DNA of 16,102 bases. Source: a virus (lineage: Duplodnaviria > Heunggongvirae > Uroviricota > Caudoviricetes). Under the pieces are notes generated by a model. That model was not told the DNA's origin, did not search any database, and worked only from the letters and a program-made list of their open reading frames with translations. Positions 1 through 7,219 of this stretch are shown piece by piece; within the stretch, counting starts at the first letter, position 1, and each line of letters begins with the position of its first letter. The DNA is taken from the IMG/VR virus record IMGVR_UViG_3300027673_000001, positions 146,759 to 162,860 of that record; one strand, 5' to 3'. The position numbers and the translations under genes were made by a program.

Positions 1-658
1 CAAGGGCTTCAATAACTCGGTTGGGTATGATCCAACCCACGTTGGCGTCGTCTGGCTCAGCGAGGATGAAGTCAGCAAGCTCATCAAAGTCACCGTGGTC
101 AAGTTCAAGATAGCCCGCCCAGGCTCCTCTACGAGCAGTTCCTTGAGCAACATCACGCATATCATTGACATGGCCCTTAAACACAGGTACAACGCCAGAC
201 GCCTTACCGCCGACGCTGATCTTGGAACCTCTTGGTCGAATACCACCGAGGTATGAGCTAGTACCAAAGCCCATCTTCGTGAGCATTGCCGTCTCGAGTC
301 TGTTCGAGTAGAAGCCATGGATACTGTCACCCACTACGCTTCCAGAACAGGAGACGGGCAGGCCTCGACTCGTCCCCATATTTGCCAACACAGGAGTAGA
401 TGGAGAGAGCCAGCCCTTCCACAGTAGTTCAAAAAACTTGCCCTCTGCTTGTGTTTCGTACTTCGTACCTACTAGGTGAGCAGCGGCAGTCCTTGCAATT
501 CTCTTGAACTGGCCGAGTACAGATTCGCCGTTGGTTTCATACTCATAACGTTCCTTGAACATCTGGTATCCACCAGTGGTGTACCACATAGGAACCTTGC
601 CTTCTTCCTGGAGACGCTTTCGTTCCTCGCTCAGTTTTGTGTAGATGTTTTCGCTCAT
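1..658 (-). CDS. nrdA: Ribonucleotide reductase class I alpha subunit, 5' part (runs off the left edge; absent from the ORF track)
   Basis: Manual translation from ATG at 658 gives MSENIYTKLSEERKRLQEEGKVPMWYTTGGYQMF...FFELLWKGWLSPSTPVLANMGTSRGLPVSCSGSVVGDSIHGF...LTKMGFGTSSYLGGIRPRGSKI...QGTARRGAWAGYLELDHGDFDE, open to the window edge. SPSTPVLAN, the VSC catalytic Cys, the GxGTS/IRPRG motifs and RRGA are class I alpha hallmarks. The start overlaps the nrdB stop (ATGA). Confidence 0.93.
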   Translation of the reverse strand, partial: MSENIYTKLSEERKRLQEEGKVPMWYTTGGYQMFKERYEYETNGESVLGQFKRIARTAAAHLVGTKYETQAEGKFFELLWKGWLSPSTPVLANMGTSRGLPVSCSGSVVGDSIHGFYSNRLETAMLTKMGFGTSSYLGGIRPRGSKISVGGKASGVVPVFKGHVNDMRDVAQGTARRGAWAGYLELDHGDFDELADFILAEPDDANVGWIIPNRVIEAL

Positions 659-1638
659 GCTGCCAGTACCTCTTCTGCCTTTTTCCAAATAAATCCAGAC
701 TCATCCCAGTTTCTATGGTACTGATTGCCCACGCCCGAGAAGAAGTCATTGAAGCTATAGTCATTGATTGCCTTGTAGAACCATTCACCAATTGGATTAT
801 ACTTGACGTCGTAGAGCTTTTCAAATCCAAGTTCCTTCATGCACTCATTTATTCTTGACTTCACAAAGTTCTCAAGCTGGTGTTCAGTGATACCATCAAT
901 CTTTCCCTTGGAGAAGGTCATCTTGATGATTTCAATTTCGTGCTTTAGAAGGAGTTCAGCGCCAGCAATGATACGTGGCTTAACGTAGTTCTCGAGGTAA
1001 TCCTTGCTTACTTCCTTGGCTTTATGTTTGAAGCTCCAAGCACCGGCGAGGGAGTGGAGATTTTCGTCTCTAAGAGAGAAGTTGATTCCACGCACCAAGT
1101 TCAGAATCTTGTTCTTACCTTGGGACTGGAAGTGTTTCAGATATGCGAAAGAGGAATACAGAACTACACCTTCGACCATGGAGAACATACCAAGAGACAC
1201 CAAGTCACTCTTGTCGTCAATGATTTCGCCAATGTGCTTCATGCGGTCCTTGAGGGTGTCGCTTTCCTGGTAAGACAGATAGAACTCAGGTGTGTTGATG
1301 TGTAGGAGTTCGTTGATCTTGTTGTAGAAGGGAGCGTGTATTGCCAACTCAAACATAGCAAACACAGAAGCCATTCTGTGGAATTCCGCGCCGTCAAATA
1401 TTTTCTTGTACCTACCACCCCAGTACTCATCACCTGCGTGAGTCTCGTACAGCGAGAACAATTTTAGGGTGGTAATGACACCGTGTTTCTCTGCCTCTGT
1501 GAAGTTCACCAGGATATCCTGAATGTCTTTTTCTACTTTCACCTCGCTATGTGTCCAAAATATCGAGAGCTGCTTGTCAGCAAAGACAGTAGGCTCTGGA
1601 CAATCTTCAATAGGCAAAAGATGCTTCTTTAGTTCCAT
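655..1638 (-). CDS. nrdB: Ribonucleotide reductase class I beta subunit
   Basis: Ferritin-like ligands: E65 (FSLYE), E97/H101 with Y105 (FELAIHAPFY), VEGVVLYSSF, RDENLH. N-terminal W28 (IFWTHSEV) and C-terminal DFFSG tail. SD AAGGA upstream of the ATG. Confidence 0.95.
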   Translation of the reverse strand: MELKKHLLPIEDCPEPTVFADKQLSIFWTHSEVKVEKDIQDILVNFTEAEKHGVITTLKLFSLYETHAGDEYWGGRYKKIFDGAEFHRMASVFAMFELAIHAPFYNKINELLHINTPEFYLSYQESDTLKDRMKHIGEIIDDKSDLVSLGMFSMVEGVVLYSSFAYLKHFQSQGKNKILNLVRGINFSLRDENLHSLAGAWSFKHKAKEVSKDYLENYVKPRIIAGAELLLKHEIEIIKMTFSKGKIDGITEHQLENFVKSRINECMKELGFEKLYDVKYNPIGEWFYKAINDYSFNDFFSGVGNQYHRNWDESGFIWKKAEEVLAA

Positions 1639-2680
1639 ATGTTTTCCTTTGTTGTTTTTCTACTAGATTCCAATGAGAAAACCTCAGCATAGCCGTGGCT
1701 CCTTGAAATGTGTTGGAATCAATGAGATCGATCAATTCTTCTTTACTCATTCCACTCATAATGTGCTCATTGATGTCCTTTGTCTTTATCCTATGAGGAA
1801 GAAGACAGACCCTATAACCAAGTTTGATGTGCTTGTTGATTAGCTTGCACACTTCCCTTGATCTTGGTTCGTTATCTGGGATCAAAGTCAGGACGCTCTT
1901 CAGAGCCCTTGTTGTGTCGCAGTCAAAGTTAGAACCTGAGACAGCAATACAGTTGGGGAGAAAGAGACTATCCAAAGGTCCCTCCACGGCATAAATTTTA
2001 CCGAGTTTGTTATTTATGCGGTCAAGCCCATAAACTCTCTCCCTGTCGTCAAGTTTTATGGTAAAATACCTCAGGGGATGGTCGTCTAGAGCTCTTGCGC
2101 TATAGGCAAACATCTTCCCATGGTTGTCAAAGTAAGGTATGATTAGCCTTGGATGCTCTTCCATATCCTTGATCTTGCCAGGCAGAAGATTGTTTGTGTA
2201 CTTAACAAAGCTAGGTGTGTAGTACAGCAGATGCCACCTATCCATGGGAATCTTTCGATGCCTCAGGAGTTCAACAACTTCATGAGTTGAAGGAAGTTTA
2301 TCACACCTCAACAAATCATCCACAGCGGCATCTGTGAGTGGAGCATCTACCTTTACTTTCTCTTTATCAAGAAAGTCAGTGTGGGGTACATGAGGCACGT
2401 TTGTGGCTTTGTACCTTTCGTAGGCAAACTCCTTGTAGATAGCAGGGAACTGCAACTTCAAAAAGGAACCAAGAGATGAGCTATGCCCACAATGGTGGCA
2501 CTTAACGTTCAGATGGTTGGCTCCCCCTGGTCTATAAATGTAGGCTCGGGCTTTTTGTTTGCCCTTGGACATATCGCCACAGATAGGACAGGAGAAGTTC
2601 CAAAGGTACTGGGACTTCTGCTTGAAGTTCTTAAGGTAAGTGCCTATGCGGGAAGCATAGGGTAGTTCAATGTGTAGCAT
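1607..2680 (-). CDS. 61: T4-like DNA primase (gp61)
   Basis: Zn finger NFSCPICGD...KARAYIY...KCHHCG, PRLIIPYFD, TOPRIM VEGPLDSLFL and DNEPRS, KDINE motif. Confidence 0.93.
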   Translation of the reverse strand: MLHIELPYASRIGTYLKNFKQKSQYLWNFSCPICGDMSKGKQKARAYIYRPGGANHLNVKCHHCGHSSSLGSFLKLQFPAIYKEFAYERYKATNVPHVPHTDFLDKEKVKVDAPLTDAAVDDLLRCDKLPSTHEVVELLRHRKIPMDRWHLLYYTPSFVKYTNNLLPGKIKDMEEHPRLIIPYFDNHGKMFAYSARALDDHPLRYFTIKLDDRERVYGLDRINNKLGKIYAVEGPLDSLFLPNCIAVSGSNFDCDTTRALKSVLTLIPDNEPRSREVCKLINKHIKLGYRVCLLPHRIKTKDINEHIMSGMSKEELIDLIDSNTFQGATAMLRFSHWNLVEKQQRKTYGTKEASFAY

Positions 2681-2707
2681 GATGTAGGTTAGGTTACAAC
2701 AATCTTA

Positions 2708-2735
2708 AGTCTAACACCAAAAAGAATTTTGTCAA
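2708..2735 (-). promoter_or_regulatory. Sigma70-type (early) promoter for primase-nrdB-nrdA
   Basis: Minus strand TTGACA (2735-2730), 16-nt spacer, TAGACT (2713-2708) with an extended -10 TGt. About 27 nt upstream of the primase ATG. Confidence 0.7.
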
Positions 2736-2750
2736 ACTGTTGAAAAAGTG

Positions 2751-2779
2751 TTGACTGAATGCTTGACGCGTCGTAAACT
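2751..2779 (+). promoter_or_regulatory. Divergent sigma70-type promoter firing antisense toward the late block
   Basis: TTGACT (2751-2756), 17-nt spacer, TAAACT (2774-2779). Confidence 0.55.
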
Positions 2780-2815
2780 AACCGTGTACTGGATGATAAT
2801 CAACAGGGATTATAC

Positions 2816-2853
2816 AGAAAGAGAAAGCCACAAACATTACTGTTCATGGCTTT
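2816..2853 (-). terminator. Intrinsic terminator closing the late block
   Basis: Minus-strand RNA AAAGCCAUGAACA-GUAA-UGUUUGUGGCUUU is a 13-bp stem (two G-U pairs) with a GNRA loop, followed by pyrimidine-rich CUCUUUCU. It lies 18 nt after the stop at 2872. Confidence 0.75.
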
Positions 2854-2871
2854 TCAGGTATAGGAACGAAC

Positions 2872-3429
2872 TTACTCGTTGTGAAGCTTTTCTTGTTCCC
2901 GTATCCATGATTGCAGAGCCTTGAGTTGCTCTACAACTTCATGGTATGTACCATAGTTCTGTGCTACTGTTTCTGCAACGGTAGAGAGCTCAACTCCGGT
3001 GGTGTTCTCATTAACACTTCTGGCGGCGTCGGGAACTTCAACTGGGTTGTTTGTTGCGGCGGCGTTGTGCAGCCAGACAAAACCATCAGGAATAGTGCAG
3101 GCAGCATCAGCTTCTTGTGTAACGTATATAGGTACTTCACGGATAATCTCCTCGGCTCTTTCTTTAACTACTCTCACTCTGTCAACATACTTAGTCACTT
3201 CAACCACGGTTATCTGCTCAGACTTGGCCTGTATGACTAGGTTTTGTTCCCTGAGTTCAGCAGCTTCTTTCTCTAGCTTTGAGAACTTAGCTTCCCATGA
3301 CTTTTCTGTATGGCTATGTCCAAAGTAGGCGCCTATAGCTACAAATACGGCGGGAACCCAGAATCTCCAGTATTCAAAAATCAGGGAGCCAAAGTTCTTA
3401 ATAACGGACAGTATAAGCATTATGTTCAT
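2872..3429 (-). CDS. Rz-like inner-membrane spanin (i-spanin) candidate
   Basis: N-terminal hydrophobic segment (FWVPAVFVAIGAYFG), coiled coil, then VTKYVDRVRVV...EVPIYVT..ADAACTIPDGFVWLHNAAA and TVAQNYGTYHEVVEQLKALQSWI, recalled from Rz-like proteobacterial phage proteins. Start placed at ATG 3429 (AAGGAG SD upstream) rather than 3447. Confidence 0.55.
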   Translation of the reverse strand: MNIMLILSVIKNFGSLIFEYWRFWVPAVFVAIGAYFGHSHTEKSWEAKFSKLEKEAAELREQNLVIQAKSEQITVVEVTKYVDRVRVVKERAEEIIREVPIYVTQEADAACTIPDGFVWLHNAAATNNPVEVPDAARSVNENTTGVELSTVAETVAQNYGTYHEVVEQLKALQSWIREQEKLHNE

Positions 3430-3964
3430 GTAGGAGCACTCCTTCATCTTCTATGAATATCACTTCATTCTCTTTGGGCTCGATGATACTCGGTCTCTTT
3501 TCGAGCCTCTTGAACTTTCTACCTCGTATCACAGGCTCGTCGCTGGATACTGCTGGGCCTGTTGAGTTCACAGGAGCATCCTCAAACAAAGCCAGGAAGT
3601 TCTTTATGTCTATGGTTTCCTCGACTAGGGTAACATCACTCTCAATAAGTCTCTGGAACGAATCATCAAGCTCTTCGTCTGTTATGGATTCGTTGTTGAT
3701 GTTTTCTCTAACAAGGAAGTATGCTGCGGCGAAACTTTTTAGTCTGTTGTCTCCCCCTGGGAGTTGCGCTAGAAGCCTCTTCAGGTTAAACACCAGTCGC
3801 ACCAACATATTGTAGGCGTCCTTCTCTTTCTGGGTTTTTAGGTCGGCCAGATTTTTGAGGCGCTTTCCCTGCTCATCTATGATGCCCAACTTGAACGCCT
3901 CTGTTTCCTTGAACGGCGTTACTAGCATATAGAGCACTCTAAAGGCTATAAGGGAATCTATCAT
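3398..3964 (-). CDS. Conserved T4-like hypothetical protein, probably virion-associated
   Basis: PFKETEAFKLGIIDEQGK...LVFNLKRLLAQLPGG...SFAAAYFLVRE motif recalled from T4-like cyanophage-type genomes. The tail has an EDAPVNS motif after an LFE site. Coupled to the upstream gene by ATGA overlap. Confidence 0.7.
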   Translation of the reverse strand: MIDSLIAFRVLYMLVTPFKETEAFKLGIIDEQGKRLKNLADLKTQKEKDAYNMLVRLVFNLKRLLAQLPGGDNRLKSFAAAYFLVRENINNESITDEELDDSFQRLIESDVTLVEETIDIKNFLALFEDAPVNSTGPAVSSDEPVIRGRKFKRLEKRPSIIEPKENEVIFIEDEGVLLHEHNAYTVRY

Positions 3965-4320
3965 AGTTGGTTAAGCTCTTGTAGTATTTTCTGGTCTATC
4001 GCGAAGTCAGAAAGAAAGATGCCAAACTCAGGTATTGTGTCTGGCATCCTGTCTATGAACAACAGAAAGGTTATCAGCTTGCCCCAGTAAATTTTGTCTA
4101 CTTTGTAGAACATCATCCCAAGGGCCGCGTCACCGAAACAGTTGAAGGCTATGATGATATGGTTTAGAAGAAGGTGAACTTTTACATCTTCTCTAGCTAG
4201 ATGCTTCTTGATGTATGTAAACACCCTTAAGTCATCCTCAAATTCGTCTACCGTGGGGCATGACGGAACTGAATAGTTATTCATAGCATAGAGAAGAAAG
4301 TTTTCTTCACTCAAAACCAT
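3961..4320 (-). CDS. Conserved T4-like hypothetical protein (LSEENFLLYAM...LLLNHIII family)
   Basis: ENFLLYAMNNY...EFEDDLRVFTYIKK...HLLLNHIIIAFNCFG is a recurrent T4-like/cyanophage hypothetical family (DUF7207-like, from memory). Confidence 0.7.
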   Translation of the reverse strand: MVLSEENFLLYAMNNYSVPSCPTVDEFEDDLRVFTYIKKHLAREDVKVHLLLNHIIIAFNCFGDAALGMMFYKVDKIYWGKLITFLLFIDRMPDTIPEFGIFLSDFAIDQKILQELNQL

Positions 4321-4335
4321 AACGAAAAGCCCTGA

Positions 4336-4908
4336 TTAAGCGGAGACGGTGAGTACTGCTACGTCAGAGGTAACAGGAGCAGCTCCAGAGCCCGAAACTT
4401 CTACTCTGTACTTGTCGCCGTTGTTTGCAACTGTTCTTGCGGTGAGAGCTAGAGAAGCAGAAGTTGCTCCAGGTACGTCAACCCAAGCACCAGTTTCAGC
4501 AGCTGGCTGATATTGCCACTGGTAAGCGAGAGTACCGGAAGGAGCAATGGTTGCTGTGGTTGCAAAAGTTGCTGCTCCGGCCACTGCAGTCTGGTCGGTA
4601 GGCTGAACAGTGATAGTTACTTCCACGTTTACGTCAGGCACAAACAGATCATCTGCTGCGTCTCCTGATGTTGCCACAGGCACGCTCATCGCAACGATAA
4701 GCTCTGCTTTCCAGCGCTTCTTGCCGGATGAGTCCTTGTGTGTCTTGAGAACATACCAGCCTGGGCCCTTGATTCCCTTCTTCTTGTTTGCTTCCAGAGC
4801 AGCTTCTTCTCTGTCTACGAAAAGAAACTGCGTGCCTGCTGGGTAGTCAGCAGCCTTAAGCCAGTTTGGTCTAGACGGTGTAGCGTCTGTTTTACCCCAT
4901 AGTGCCAT
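4336..4908 (-). CDS. Virion structural protein with C-terminal Ig-like domain
   Basis: N-terminal MALWGKTD...PGW motif of T4-like virion proteins. C-terminal ITVQPTDQT...TF...LAYQWQ...DVPGATSASL...GDKYRVEVS...TSDVAVLTV is a classic Ig I-set pattern. AAGGAG SD. Confidence 0.8.
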   Translation of the reverse strand: MALWGKTDATPSRPNWLKAADYPAGTQFLFVDREEAALEANKKKGIKGPGWYVLKTHKDSSGKKRWKAELIVAMSVPVATSGDAADDLFVPDVNVEVTITVQPTDQTAVAGAATFATTATIAPSGTLAYQWQYQPAAETGAWVDVPGATSASLALTARTVANNGDKYRVEVSGSGAAPVTSDVAVLTVSA

Positions 4909-4913
4909 TCTCT

Positions 4914-5534
4914 TTACTCCTTGATTTGCTTGGTGATGAAGGAAGCGAGAGAATCTACGCTAAGCCCTTCTGCTATTGGTTGAGTTTCAACTGACTCAGT
5001 CTTAGGCGCTGGCTTTTCTTCAGCTTCCTTCTTCTTGATGTTGCTTACTGCTTTCTTGCCTGCCTTGTAGAGCATTGCGCTACCTCTAGGTGCGCTCTTT
5101 ACACCTTCTTCGACAGCCTCTTCATCATCATCATCCTCTTCGTCACTTTCGTTCATGGCGTCAAGAACATCCATGAGATCTTCATGATCCAGGCTTTCGA
5201 GGAAGGACATGACTTCTTCTTCGGTTTCCATGGAGTCGATAATATCGAGGCTTTCCTTTACCTTCTTCTTGTAGGAGCCATACTTGCCAGGTGGACGACC
5301 ACGCCCACGCTTAACAGGCGCGCCGCCGGTTTCACGGTTCGCTGGCTCTTCGCTTTCACCATCTTTGTTGTAACGTCTAGTGACTTTAGTCACGCCATCT
5401 TTCTTTTCGATGTCGTGCCTAGCTCCCCTAGTAGCACCGGTCATGCCCTTTGCGGCGCCGTGCTTTTTGTTGTATTCGGGAGTACCTGGCCATGCTTCTA
5501 GCAGGCTTTCGATGAGTTGATTATAGGATTTCAT
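4914..5534 (-). CDS. Putative internal head protein with AT-hook and acidic segment
   Basis: N-terminus MKSYNQLIE|SLLE|A (CTS-like), AT-hook KRGRGRPPGK (aa 75-84), acidic tract ESDEEDDDDEEAVEE. AAGGAAG SD and late box upstream. Confidence 0.65.
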   Translation of the reverse strand: MKSYNQLIESLLEAWPGTPEYNKKHGAAKGMTGATRGARHDIEKKDGVTKVTRRYNKDGESEEPANRETGGAPVKRGRGRPPGKYGSYKKKVKESLDIIDSMETEEEVMSFLESLDHEDLMDVLDAMNESDEEDDDDEEAVEEGVKSAPRGSAMLYKAGKKAVSNIKKKEAEEKPAPKTESVETQPIAEGLSVDSLASFITKQIKE

Positions 5535-5558
5535 AGTCTTCCTTTGTTGGACTTGTTT

Positions 5559-5565
5559 TATTTAG
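5559..5565 (-). promoter_or_regulatory. T4-type late promoter box CTAAATA
   Basis: Intergenic, 24 nt upstream of ATG 5534. Matches the TAAATA core of the T4 gp55 late consensus TATAAATA. Confidence 0.6.
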
Positions 5566-5578
5566 TTGAAGAGAAATG

Positions 5579-7216
5579 TTACTTGGGTTCCTTGGCTTTG
5601 ACAACATATTTGTCATCGCCTACGGGCTTCTGGACGGTGAGCTCTTCCTTGCCGTCCTTAATCTTAGTACCTGGCTTCAGATGTGTTTCGTTAACCATCC
5701 CTGCGTGTTCTGCTCCGTGCACTTTGTATCCGGACTTCTTGTAGTGAGCCTTCGCTTTTTCTACGGCGGTCTTTTCGTCTGCTGCGGTAACACGAACAAA
5801 CTTTTGCTTGGTCGCCTTACGCATTGACACAGCAGGGTGGTCTGGTTCCGATACCGTTACTGCAACACGATGCTTTTGCTCAGTTACTGTTTCAACTTCC
5901 TCATTGGCATGCTTCTTTATGTCATTGGCAAACTGCTTCTTGGTTGCTTTGATGATACCAGAGTAACGCTTATCACCCTTCTTGAAGTCGCCCTTGGCAT
6001 CAGCAGCGGTCGCATCGGCCGATGCCTTCTTCTTGTATTCGCCTAGCTTCTCGCTGGATAGTTCCTCAATAGATTCGCCTTCTGAGTGTTCAATAGAGTC
6101 ACCCATGTAATGACCCCTACCACGACCATATCCCATTGCTCTAGCCTGTGCGGCTGACTTCTTTTGGTCGGCTGTTAACCCATAATCTGGTCTGCTATTC
6201 AGGCGATTTAGGGCCTTCTTAACACCAGCAGCTCTCTTTTCCTTCTTAGGGTGGTCAGGGTTTTGTTCGTCCTGATGAGCTTTCTTCATGTAGCTTCGAA
6301 CAGTGTCTCTGTAGAGTTCTTCAATCTGTTCTTCTTCATTGATTGCCCTAACCTTGACAGTGCGGATATTATTTTGCTTCTCGAGCTTCTTAGCAAATTC
6401 ACGAGCATCGCGCTCTGCCTTATCGGGGGAGTCGTTTTTACTTTTCATGAACTTCTTTGTGGAAACCTTATAGTCGAGGTCTGACCAAGTCACAACAAAA
6501 GCAGACTCTTCAATCTCTGTTTCTTCTTTAGTAATTGAGTACCTAATCCTGGACAATACACCATGTTGGTCAGGGTACTTACCTGTTTTCTTTTTTACTT
6601 TGTTTGCTGCTCTAGCTTCGCCTTCTTCTCTGCCTAGGACTCTTTGCTTTTCTTTCTTAGATGCAGTCCCAGCAGACCACTTATCGTTTAGGCGTTCTCT
6701 GTCTTTTTCTGCTGCATCAGAATACTTCAGCATCTTATCTACTGACAACTCATCAATCTGTTCAGAGTCTTCAGACACTTTCTTACCAAGGAGTTTGTTC
6801 TTCTCCTTGTTCTTCTTTACGACTTCCTTGACCTTCTTGGCTAGGGCTGGATCTGCTCTAAGCATCCAACCTGGTCTATGGTTGCCTTTAACTTCGTCAA
6901 CAGATGCACTTTCAAGTCTAACGTCGTCGGGCAGTGTGATGGAGTTCTTAACTTTGTCCTTTACTGCTTTCTTCATTGGCTCTTTTTCGTTACCATCTTT
7001 GTCAGCATCGATGAAGTCAGGCTTTTGTGCCTCGTTCATCTTTCTAGCTAGGACAGTTCTTCTTGCTGCGAGTTTAGCCATGGACTTCTTGATTGAAGTC
7101 TTCATAGTTTCGTCTTTGGCTCTGGAATAGACTTTATTGAGGTACTCAATTCTATCCTTGATGTCCTTGAGTTCGTTCTCTTTTTCTACTCTGTCGTTTT
7201 CGTTGATGTCTTCCAT
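5579..7216 (-). CDS. Modular Lys/Glu-rich putative internal head polyprotein
   Basis: 545 aa with three I[DE]EL-x7-Y..K..A repeats, a KPDFIDADKDGNEKEPMKKA motif and many hydrophobic-x-E sites. No catalytic motif seen. Confidence 0.65.
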   Translation of the reverse strand: MEDINENDRVEKENELKDIKDRIEYLNKVYSRAKDETMKTSIKKSMAKLAARRTVLARKMNEAQKPDFIDADKDGNEKEPMKKAVKDKVKNSITLPDDVRLESASVDEVKGNHRPGWMLRADPALAKKVKEVVKKNKEKNKLLGKKVSEDSEQIDELSVDKMLKYSDAAEKDRERLNDKWSAGTASKKEKQRVLGREEGEARAANKVKKKTGKYPDQHGVLSRIRYSITKEETEIEESAFVVTWSDLDYKVSTKKFMKSKNDSPDKAERDAREFAKKLEKQNNIRTVKVRAINEEEQIEELYRDTVRSYMKKAHQDEQNPDHPKKEKRAAGVKKALNRLNSRPDYGLTADQKKSAAQARAMGYGRGRGHYMGDSIEHSEGESIEELSSEKLGEYKKKASADATAADAKGDFKKGDKRYSGIIKATKKQFANDIKKHANEEVETVTEQKHRVAVTVSEPDHPAVSMRKATKQKFVRVTAADEKTAVEKAKAHYKKSGYKVHGAEHAGMVNETHLKPGTKIKDGKEELTVQKPVGDDKYVVKAKEPK

Positions 7217-7219
7217 TTT

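Noticed and set aside
2011-2017. Fourth minus-strand ATAAATA box, inside the primase gene
   Set aside because: About 370 nt from the nearest start (nrdB) and within coding sequence (RINNK); likely chance, although a late nrdBA promoter cannot be excluded.
2809-2814. Perfect TATAAT on the minus strand just after the terminator
   Set aside because: No acceptable -35 at 16-18 nt and no TGn extension; the 2708-2735 promoter explains primase transcription better.
2793-2924. 43-codon plus-strand ORF (MIINRDYTERESHKHYCSW...) after the divergent promoter
   Set aside because: No SD, overlaps the terminator and the spanin 3' end, and no motif; treated as non-coding within the antisense finding.
5933-6757. 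Repeats in the 545-aa gene as a DNA-level repeat array or CRISPR-like array
   Set aside because: Similarity is at the protein level only, with no identical nucleotide repeats or regular spacers.
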